Assembly (NCBI GenBank): GCA_030606485.1 | Contig: JAUWGH010000002.1 | Coordinates: forward strand, 385,767-409,766 | From: Promethearchaeota archaeon | GTDB lineage: Archaea; Asgardarchaeota; Lokiarchaeia; Sigyniarchaeales; SOKP01 | DNA: 24,000 bases | Direction of reading: 5' to 3' | Shown: in pieces, positions 7,795 to 14,489 of the stretch | Layout: each line of letters begins with the position of its first letter | How positions within the stretch are numbered: the first letter of the stretch is position 1 | The notes under the pieces: model-generated | What the model was told of the DNA's origin: nothing | Database searches by the model: none | What the model saw: the letters and a program-made list of their open reading frames with translations, nothing else | Translations under genes and position numbers: made by a program

Positions 7795-8575
7795 ACCTAC
7801 ATATAAAGAAGTTAAACCAGACGAAAAAGTTCCATTTGAAAAAGTAGAAGTTCATAGAATCTCAATTGATCCAGTCTTATCTCTTCTAGAATTATTAACT
7901 ATAATAAATGAAAGGGAAAAAGAAGGGGTAATAAAGTTATTAGATATCTCTTTTGAAAGCTCTCCCCAATCAGCAAAATATGGCTCCAGAATTGGGTTTG
8001 GTAAAGATGAAAGACTTATTGTAAGAAGGATGGAAGAGACAATGTATGTTCCTAAAAGAACATTTAAGTTTACAAAAGATTATACAATTGAGGACGCTAT
8101 TGAAGCTTTTGAAGATTTAGACCAATATCTTATAGAAACCAAACATGACTATACTTTAGACATATATCCCACTTCTCTTAATGTTTTGGATATGGGATCT
8201 AAACCAGAACGTGCACAAATGATTATAAGATTTGGGAAGAAAAGAAAAGTTGATAAAAATAGTGAAATAGGTTTAGAATTAAGTGGAGCTCAAATAATGC
8301 CACTTGATGCTATCAAACTTTTTATAGCCATAAGAGATAAAAGAACTAAAAATTGGAGAAAAGGATCAATCCCATCAAGAATTGCTGATAAAATGAAAAA
8401 ATATGTTGATGGAACCTATTTTATTGAAGCTGATGACATTAAAAACTACACAAGACATATTTATAAATCCGATTTTACAATTAAGACAACTTGTATAGTA
8501 GGTAAAGAGAGAAAAACTTTCGATAGATACACACCAATTCCTGGTGGCAAATGTAGAAAAGTCCCTAAAGATTAA
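7787..8575 (+). CDS. Hypothetical protein (262 aa), translationally coupled to the ParB-like gene
   Basis: TTG start overlaps the upstream stop by 8 nt; no family recognised. Confidence 0.55.
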   Translation: MTKPTYKEVKPDEKVPFEKVEVHRISIDPVLSLLELLTIINEREKEGVIKLLDISFESSPQSAKYGSRIGFGKDERLIVRRMEETMYVPKRTFKFTKDYTIEDAIEAFEDLDQYLIETKHDYTLDIYPTSLNVLDMGSKPERAQMIIRFGKKRKVDKNSEIGLELSGAQIMPLDAIKLFIAIRDKRTKNWRKGSIPSRIADKMKKYVDGTYFIEADDIKNYTRHIYKSDFTIKTTCIVGKERKTFDRYTPIPGGKCRKVPKD

Positions 8576-8709
8576 TTTTTTATTTTTTACTTTCAGTCTC
8601 CCCTCTCAGTGTCCTATAAATAGATTAGAGTGCGTGGACTTACTGATTTAACAAATATTTATATTATTGATCATCCTAATTATTTTTGTCGATAAATAAA
8701 TTAACAAAA

Positions 8710-8874
8710 ATGGAAAAACATAAGATGAAAACCGAAATTGATCTTCCTGATGAAGAATATAAAAAATTAAAAGAAATCTACAAAATATTTGATAAAGACA
8801 TTAATGAATCTATAGAACATTTAACAATAAATTTAATAAAAGATTCTTTTACTGAAATCAAGTCTCTGATATAG
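8710..8874 (+). CDS. Hypothetical small protein (54 aa from ATG 8710; track starts at TTG 8686)
   Basis: ORF track. A TATA-like aaatatttatatta lies upstream. Its 3' end overlaps the convergent RHH ORF by 17 nt. Confidence 0.35.
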   Translation: MEKHKMKTEIDLPDEEYKKLKEIYKIFDKDINESIEHLTINLIKDSFTEIKSLI

Positions 8875-9016
8875 ATTTCTTTATTTCTTCTAATCTTCTT
8901 CTTACAGACTCATTAATAAATTCATGATGTGTTCTATAACCCAATTCTATATGCTCTTTAATGATTTTTAGGATTTCTTCTATAACTTCTTCTGGAATTT
9001 TTACAATGTTCGAAAT
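8858..9016 (-). CDS. Ribbon-helix-helix (CopG/Arc-like) protein; start codon unresolved
   Basis: Minus-strand translation ISNIVKIPEEVIEEILKIIKEHIELGYRTHHEFINESVRRRLEEIKKSISET* fits an RHH beta-strand plus two helices. The frame is open up to 9097 (into the tRNA) but has no in-frame ATG, GTG or TTG. Confidence 0.55.
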   Translation of the reverse strand: MSNIVKIPEEVIEEILKIIKEHIELGYRTHHEFINESVRRRLEEIKKSISET

Positions 9017-9023
9017 AAATGGA

Positions 9024-9040
9024 CCCCCAAATGACCCCCT
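9024..9040. repeat. Element-internal arm motif CCCCCAAATGACCCCCT next to attR
   Basis: Direct copy of the 973-990 motif, 8 bp inside attR. In a circularised element the two copies would flank the core. Confidence 0.65.
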
Positions 9041-9045
9041 TTTAA

Positions 9046-9148
9046 TGGTGCGCCCGCCGGGATTCGAACCCGGGCCCCTAACGTGGCAGGCTTTTATCTA
9101 TTTCTTAAGTTAAGAAAATAAAGGATAATACCACTATACTACGAGCGC
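9046..9148 (-). tRNA. tRNA-Gly(GCC) with a 29-nt intron (9093-9121) in the 5' strand of the anticodon stem (position 28/29); CCA encoded
   Basis: Manual fold: acceptor GCGCUCG/CGGGCGC, D-arm GUAU-AGUGGUA-UUAU, T-arm CCGGG-UUCGAAU-CCCGG. After intron removal the anticodon arm is CUAGC-CUGCCAC-GUUAG with a 4-nt variable loop GGGC. The 3' half closely resembles remembered eukaryotic tRNA-Gly-GCC (GCCUGCCACG...GGCCCGGGUUCGAUUCCCGGC). Confidence 0.8.
9049..9062. repeat. attR core (inside the functional tRNA-Gly)
   Basis: Identical 14-mer covering the last T-loop nucleotide, the T-stem 3' strand, the acceptor 3' strand and the discriminator. Confidence 0.8.
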
Positions 9149-9179
9149 TTATTCTATAGATAAAAAAAAGAATATAAGA

Positions 9180-10199
9180 TTAAATATTAATTTTACTAAT
9201 CGTTTGTTCAACTTGATTCTTTTCTATAAATTCCTCGAGTGTTCTTACATTATTTGGTATTCCTTCTCTAACACCAGTATCACTACATTCTAAAGCAGAC
9301 ATAGCGGTTGCAATTTTACATAATTTCGGTAGTGAAAAATTCATAAATAGTGAAATAATTATTCCACTCATAAACGCATCTCCAGCTCCCGTCGTATCTT
9401 CAATGGGAGTGTTAAATATATTAGTTCGAATCATCTCATTTCCATCGAAAACAGTGGAACCATTAGCACCATCAGTTATTGAAATTAAATCAACACCCAT
9501 TTTATGAATATCCATTAAAATATCAATAGTTGATAACTTATTTGTAAATTCTGAAGCTTCCTCTTTATTGAAAGAAACCACATTGGATTTGCTAATTAAT
9601 TTTTTTGCCCATTGAGGATTATTTTTAATTATTGACATACTGGGTGCGGCAAAAACTTTTTTTCCAGCATTTTTAGTTAAATCAATTGCTTTATCTATAG
9701 CCTTACATCCACTTTCTGAAGTTAATGAAGTCCAAGCGAAGCCATCTATGTCTTTAAATATTTCTTCCTTCACATTTGTTGGAGTTATTAAATTGTTTGC
9801 GCCTTTGTACGCCAAGATACTTCGATCTCGTCCCCATTCGGTTTTTAGAATTAATGAAAAGGCAGTAGAATCCTCATCCGTTTGAATAACATTACTTACA
9901 TCAACATTTCTCTTTTTCAAATCATCAAGACATATGGAAGCTGAAAAGTCCTCACCTATAACTCCGATATATATACCCTTCATGCCGATCATTGATAAAT
10001 CAGCAGCAATATTTGTTGCAGAACCTCCAGGAACAAATTTGATATTTTCAACATTCAATTTGCGCGAATATTCAATGGCAGTATATTTTTTGATAACTTC
10101 TTTTTCAAATAATTCAAATCTTAAGATATCTTTTATTTGAATGATACAATCGAGTGTGCAACTGCCAATTGTTACAATTTTTAAATCAGATAAGTTAAT
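9180..10199 (-). CDS. PfkB-family carbohydrate kinase (ribokinase-like); 5' end extended beyond the track ORF
   Basis: Motifs GGSATNIA and TGAGDAF. The frame stays open upstream of the track's TTG (10056-10058) and encodes the canonical N-terminal strand LKIVTIGSCTLDCI. The only start candidate is ATT 10197-10199, 6 nt after GGTGA. Confidence 0.75.
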   Translation of the reverse strand: MNLSDLKIVTIGSCTLDCIIQIKDILRFELFEKEVIKKYTAIEYSRKLNVENIKFVPGGSATNIAADLSMIGMKGIYIGVIGEDFSASICLDDLKKRNVDVSNVIQTDEDSTAFSLILKTEWGRDRSILAYKGANNLITPTNVKEEIFKDIDGFAWTSLTSESGCKAIDKAIDLTKNAGKKVFAAPSMSIIKNNPQWAKKLISKSNVVSFNKEEASEFTNKLSTIDILMDIHKMGVDLISITDGANGSTVFDGNEMIRTNIFNTPIEDTTGAGDAFMSGIIISLFMNFSLPKLCKIATAMSALECSDTGVREGIPNNVRTLEEFIEKNQVEQTISKINI

Positions 10200-10350
10200 A
10201 TTTTCTCACCTATTTTTATTTGGAATAGTAAACAGTCATAAAAATCAGATTTAAGTTTAAAGCTAAATTTTTTAAATTTAAATTTTGTTAAAAAGGCAAA
10301 AAAAAAATATTTAGATTCTATTTCTGTACTGCACATCGGACAAAAAGTTT
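10185..10350. repeat. 166-bp direct repeat, copy 1
   Basis: About 5 mismatches and no net indel vs 11917-12082 (offset 1732 bp). It covers the PfkB 5' end, the intergenic region and a degenerate copy of the zinc-protein 3' end (stop TAA changed to TAT). Confidence 0.9.
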
Positions 10351-10527
10351 ACTTATGTAAAAACATAATAATCCAGCAATCATTGATCCAATAATTCCCA
10401 TGAGCCCTCCTATAAACCAAACCCAAATCATTCCTGTTGCAATAAGAATAATCTCAGAAGGTATGGGAATTAAAAGACCTTGTATTGCCATAATCGTTAA
10501 AAATAGAAAAATTCCAATAATTCCCAA
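10318..10527 (-). pseudogene. Truncated DedA/VTT-like membrane protein fragment fused to repeat sequence
   Basis: The N-terminal ~58 aa (..GLLIPIPSEIILIATG..) resemble a DedA N-terminus, whereas full-length proteins are about 200 aa. The last 8 codons and stop come from repeat copy 1 in a different frame from the zinc-ribbon reading. Confidence 0.5.
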
Positions 10528-10541
10528 TTCGTATATATTAT

Positions 10542-10853
10542 GTGAATTTTGATAAGTTATATTTAGTTTTAAATAAATGCGGGTTTTTTAACATTCTTCA
10601 TGTTCTTTCACTGTATAAAGATTATAGAGTAGAAAAAGGAGAATTTTACAAGAAACTTACTGAGTTCAGTAATTTTAATTCTTTTCTTCGTATAAAAGAT
10701 AAATTGCTGGAGAAAGAATTAATATTGGTTGATAGACATAATGAAGAAGAGTATATCGAGCTTACTAAGAAAGGCAGATCCGTATACGATAATCAAGAGA
10801 TCAATTCAATCTATTTAAAGAAAAAAGTAATTAAAATATGTAGACCAAGATGA
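10542..10853 (+). CDS. Small putative winged-helix DNA-binding protein (103 aa)
   Basis: ORF track with a GTG start. The wHTH-like pattern (..FYKKLTEFSNFNSFLRIKDKLLEKELILVD..EEEYIELTKKG) is a weak call. Confidence 0.4.
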   Translation: MNFDKLYLVLNKCGFFNILHVLSLYKDYRVEKGEFYKKLTEFSNFNSFLRIKDKLLEKELILVDRHNEEEYIELTKKGRSVYDNQEINSIYLKKKVIKICRPR

Positions 10854-10933
10854 AAAAGTTAAATAATAGTAAAATTTGAAGTGGTTAAAGTAAAAGTATT
10901 GTTATAGTTCTATTAGACCATATCTATTATTAT

Positions 10934-11662
10934 CTAAATCTTTCCAATAATAGCTAAGTAAAGAGCAATTTCATATTCACCATCGATATTGATAAGGTCA
11001 TCTAGTTCTTTTTGATTATAAGCGACAATTGCACAAGTACCAGCATCAATTGCACTACAAGCAAGATAAAGGTTTTGGCAGATATGTCCAACACCAATTA
11101 AGATATCTTTAAGAGAATCATCTCCATATCTCCATTCTGTTCTATAGGGTCTACAACTCCAGATAAAAACAACAGCAGCAGTACCTATAAAGGCTTGTCG
11201 ATTACAAACTTCTACGATCTTTGACGGAAACTCTGGTTCATTAGTATTTAATGTCAATAGTTTATGTTCTATAGCTAAATAACGGTATAATCCGGGGGGT
11301 ATTTCGTTTACACGATTAATTATTAAGTATGTTTCATATGGATGCATAGCTCCTCCAGAAGGAACAGTTCGTAATGTTACGAGCCCCCCACGATCAAGTT
11401 TCTTTACTCCTTGTGTTGTCCAGAGCAAAAAAGATAATTCTTCTATTGTTAATGGTGATTTAAGATAATTTCGATGACTTTCTCGATTATTAATTGCCTT
11501 AATTAAAGAAATATTACCTAATTTAATATTCTCAGGTACTACTAGATCAATTAATTTAGCATCTTTAGGATAGGGCTTCTGGATAGGAGGAATGGGTAAG
11601 CCTTTCATTTGATCTGTTTCATCTTCTAAAATTGGATTTTTAAGATATTTACGATATTCCAT
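10934..11662 (-). CDS. SagB-type dehydrogenase / nitroreductase-superfamily protein
   Basis: NRESHRNY..PLTIEELSFLLW..RTVPSGGAMHPYETYLII..PPGLYRY motifs are typical of the SagB/ThcOx family. Confidence 0.75.
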   Translation of the reverse strand: MEYRKYLKNPILEDETDQMKGLPIPPIQKPYPKDAKLIDLVVPENIKLGNISLIKAINNRESHRNYLKSPLTIEELSFLLWTTQGVKKLDRGGLVTLRTVPSGGAMHPYETYLIINRVNEIPPGLYRYLAIEHKLLTLNTNEPEFPSKIVEVCNRQAFIGTAAVVFIWSCRPYRTEWRYGDDSLKDILIGVGHICQNLYLACSAIDAGTCAIVAYNQKELDDLINIDGEYEIALYLAIIGKI

Positions 11663-11916
11663 ATATTCATAACCTCAAAAACTGAATTCTTGAGCAAATT
11701 ATTCTTTAAAATATTCAATATTTAAAAGGATTAGGAATAGATAATAAAAGAATTTTATTAAATTTAAAATGAATTTTTTCATTAATACAATTGAAATCAT
11801 AATAAAATGGGTATCATTACACTTTTTAAATAGAGAGAATGTTGTTAAGTATTTGAACAATGATGTCTCTAAAAAAACCAATTATAAAAAAATTTATAGT
11901 ATCTATTAATACTGGT

Positions 11917-12082
11917 ATCAGATAAGTTAATGTTTTCTCACCTATTTTTATTTGGAATAGTAAATAGTCATAAAAATCAGATTTAAGTTTAAAGCTAAAT
12001 TTTTTAAATTTAAATTTTGTTAAAAAGGCAAAAAAAAATTATTTAGATTCTATTTCTGTACCGCACATCGGACAAATAGTTA
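11917..12082. repeat. 166-bp direct repeat, copy 2
   Basis: See 10185-10350. It contains the real stop and last 14 codons of the 12039-12428 gene and an orphan copy of the PfkB SD and first codons. Confidence 0.9.
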
Positions 12083-12428
12083 TTCCTTTTTTAATCTCTC
12101 CTCCGCAAAAACGACAATAGAGTATTTTTTCACTATATACTACGGGTGCTTTTGGGAGTTTTGTAGTTTGAGACACACTCTGAGCGCGTTTCCAATTAGG
12201 TGGATAACTAAGAATTCTCGTAGTCTTGATGGTTTTTTGATTACATCTATCACAACGTCCTCTTTTTAGATTTCTACTACAAGAATTGCAAATAACTCTC
12301 TCACAAGAGGGACATAAGCGAATTTCAACCCATGGATTTTTTTTTGCAATATCACGTCCACAAATATCACATGGCAGTGGGGTTTTCGGTTCTTTATTAA
12401 CCTTAAAAAATTTTTTTATGAAAGACAT
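12039..12428 (-). CDS. Multi-zinc-finger protein: N-terminal 8-Cys (4 x CxxC) module plus C-terminal CxxC-x10-CxxC zinc ribbon
   Basis: C20-x2-C-x15-C-x2-C-x4-C-x2-C-x8-C-x2-C62, then YCRFCGGEIKKGITICPMCG. ATG start lies 21 nt downstream of the ESCRT-III stop on the same strand. Confidence 0.7.
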   Translation of the reverse strand: MSFIKKFFKVNKEPKTPLPCDICGRDIAKKNPWVEIRLCPSCERVICNSCSRNLKRGRCDRCNQKTIKTTRILSYPPNWKRAQSVSQTTKLPKAPVVYSEKILYCRFCGGEIKKGITICPMCGTEIESK

Positions 12429-12449
12429 TTTAATATTTTTAATTACATT

Positions 12450-13097
12450 TTAGTCGTCAGATTCTTTCAATTCTTTAAGCTCATTTTCTAAATCTTTAAT
12501 TCTTTGATCCCCGCCCACTGTAGGGAGTTGTATTCCTGTTTCAACCGAAATTTCAGCATCAATTTCTCCTAATACATTCATAACATCTTCATTCGAAACA
12601 CTTGTGTCAACATTGATATTTTCAATTCCATCTGCAGTAATTTCCTCAGTAACTTGAAAATCTTCGATTCCTATATCAATGTCTTTGATTGTTTCGGTTA
12701 TTTCAGGAATAGATATCTGTGATTTTAATCCTGAAACGGAACCAGCTATTGCTTTCATAATTCCAGCAACATCTTTAATTGCGGAGGCTTGTTCTAACTT
12801 AAATTGCAATCCTTCAAGATTTAATTTAAAGGTTGAAATTCCTTTTGACCATTTTTTAAATTGTAAATAACCCCGGGCATGAACTTCAGCACCTTTCATA
12901 TCTCCTTCTTTTCGAAATTTAACAGCTTTAGTTCTTGCTTGTTTTGCTTTCGCTTCAAGTTTTTTTGCTTGTCTCTCTAAGCGTTTGTTAAAGATTTTAA
13001 GTTTAACGGTAACGGATCGAACATCTCGATCTTTTGATCTACCACCACTTAACCAACCACTTACGTCTTTTAGAAAACCCAAAATGATTCTACTCAA
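12450..13097 (-). CDS. ESCRT-III (Snf7/CHMP family) protein
   Basis: Basic helical N-terminal hairpin (LERQAKKLEAKAKQARTKAVKFRKEGDMKGAEVHARGYLQFKK), an acidic C-terminal half and a terminal amphipathic helix RIKDLENELKELKESDD (MIM-like). Divergent from Vps4. TTG start. Confidence 0.85.
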   Translation of the reverse strand: MSRIILGFLKDVSGWLSGGRSKDRDVRSVTVKLKIFNKRLERQAKKLEAKAKQARTKAVKFRKEGDMKGAEVHARGYLQFKKWSKGISTFKLNLEGLQFKLEQASAIKDVAGIMKAIAGSVSGLKSQISIPEITETIKDIDIGIEDFQVTEEITADGIENINVDTSVSNEDVMNVLGEIDAEISVETGIQLPTVGGDQRIKDLENELKELKESDD

Positions 13098-13152
13098 TTA
13101 TTTTAAAATTAATCTTCTTAAAATTACTTAAGAAATAAATATTTATTTTAAT

Positions 13153-13219
13153 ATATATCTTAAAAAATATTTAAGATATTTCAATCTATTTTTATTAGTA
13201 GATATATCTTAAAAAATAT
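13153..13219. promoter_or_regulatory. Two exact 18-bp direct repeats atatatcttaaaaaatat in the divergent ESCRT-III/Vps4 intergenic region
   Basis: 13153-13170 equals 13202-13219. Copy 1 extends into the inverted repeat atcttaa-N7-ttaagat. Confidence 0.45.
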
Positions 13220-13242
13220 ATTCTGTTGTGAGTAAAAATTAA

Positions 13243-14460
13243 ATGAGCTCTTTAGATTCTAAGTTGTTTTCTTTTGCAATGAAAGAAGCAAAAGAAGCAG
13301 TTGAGTATGATAAAAAGGCTGAATATCAAAAAGCCATTAATAAATATAGTAGAGCAGCTGAAATATTAATTCAATTTGCAAAATACAATAAAAATCCAAG
13401 TTTGCAAAAACTATGCCAAGAAAAAATTCACGAATATGTCTCCCGTGCTAAGACATTAAAAAGAAGTTTGAAACCTTATAAAAAAGGAAGGATTTCAACT
13501 CGTAAGAGAGTAACTAAAAAGGGAAAAGATTCAGAAGAAATCGAAGAAGAGGAGATTTTAACCAAAGAGCAACAAGAACTTAGAGAAGTTATTTCAGGAA
13601 CAATCATCACCGAATTACCTGATATTCGATGGGACGATATTGCAGGATTAGTGGAATGTAAACAATCTCTTAGAGAAGCAATAGTTTTGCCTATAATGAG
13701 ACCAGAATTATTTACCGGTGCTAGAAAGCCATGGTCTGGTATTCTTTTATATGGTCCTCCAGGTTGCGGAAAAACTCTCCTTGCTCAAGCGGCAGCAACA
13801 GAATGCGATGCAACTTTTTTTAGCGCATCAGCAGCTGAATTATTATCAAAATGGCTTGGGGAAAGTGAGAAATTAATTAGCTCATTATTTAAATTAGCAA
13901 GACTTGAAGCACCAAGCATCATATTTTTTGATGAAATTGATTCTATTACGACTTCGAGGGGATATGGATCGGAGAGTGGTGGAGAGAGAAGAATCAAAAC
14001 TCAATTATTAGGTGAAATTCAAGGTCTTAAATCAAGGACTGAAAAATTACTTTTAATTTTAGGTGCGACAAATCGACCTTGGGATATTGATACAGCAATG
14101 TTGCGAAGATTTGAGAAAAAAATTTATGTCCCTCTCCCAGACGAAGAAGCGAGAGAAGTGATTTTTAAAATACATACAGCTGGGGTAAATCTCTCACTTA
14201 CAGATAATGATTTTAGAGAACTTGGAGAAAAAACTGCGGGATATTCTGGATCTGATATTGCAAATGTTTGTAGAGAAGTGATTATGAGACCGATAAGAGA
14301 GTTAGATATGAGTGGAAAAATAACTGCCGAAGCAGAGGAAATTATCGTTAGAGATGTAAATATAGAAGATTTTAACAAAACACTTAAAAAAATAAAACCA
14401 ATTGTATCTGAAAAAGAAATAAAGAGATACCATGAGTGGTTTGAACAATTTGGTGAATGA
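13243..14460 (+). CDS. vps4: Vps4-type AAA+ ATPase (N-terminal MIT domain plus a single AAA cassette)
   Basis: MIT-like AKEAVEYDKKAEYQKAINKYSRAAEILIQ..IHEYVSRAKTLK, Walker A GPPGCGKT, Walker B IIFFDEIDS, and a Vps4-like C-terminal helix ..YHEWFEQFGE. Confidence 0.92.
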   Translation: MSSLDSKLFSFAMKEAKEAVEYDKKAEYQKAINKYSRAAEILIQFAKYNKNPSLQKLCQEKIHEYVSRAKTLKRSLKPYKKGRISTRKRVTKKGKDSEEIEEEEILTKEQQELREVISGTIITELPDIRWDDIAGLVECKQSLREAIVLPIMRPELFTGARKPWSGILLYGPPGCGKTLLAQAAATECDATFFSASAAELLSKWLGESEKLISSLFKLARLEAPSIIFFDEIDSITTSRGYGSESGGERRIKTQLLGEIQGLKSRTEKLLLILGATNRPWDIDTAMLRRFEKKIYVPLPDEEAREVIFKIHTAGVNLSLTDNDFRELGEKTAGYSGSDIANVCREVIMRPIRELDMSGKITAEAEEIIVRDVNIEDFNKTLKKIKPIVSEKEIKRYHEWFEQFGE

Positions 14461-14489
14461 TAAATAGTAATTAGGTGCATCCTTGAACG

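Larger units (their letters stand above)
944..9062. mobile_element. Integrated element (~8.1 kb) in the 3' end of tRNA-Gly, bounded by a 14-bp att duplication
   Basis: Exact repeat tgcgcccgccggga at 944-957 and 9049-9062; the second copy is the 3' 14 nt of the tRNA. A tyrosine recombinase gene and ParB-like, HEPN and RHH cargo lie between the copies. A 17/18-bp motif lies just inside both ends. Confidence 0.8.

Noticed and set aside
9046-9148. Alternative tRNA identities (Glu-UUC, Lys-CUU or Leu-UAA with a canonical 37/38 intron)
   Set aside because: Those folds leave unpaired anticodon stems, a pyrimidine at position 37, or extra nucleotides between the D-arm and the anticodon stem. Only the Gly-GCC fold gives a complete cloverleaf with a CUGCCAC loop and a 4-nt variable loop.
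12450-13097. Assigning the ESCRT-III protein to a specific subfamily (Vps2/24/46 vs Vps20/32/60) and calling a strict MIM1
   Set aside because: The C-terminal helix is MIM-like, but its leucine spacing does not fit the (D/E)xxLxxRLxxL(K/R) consensus exactly. Subfamily assignment needs phylogeny.
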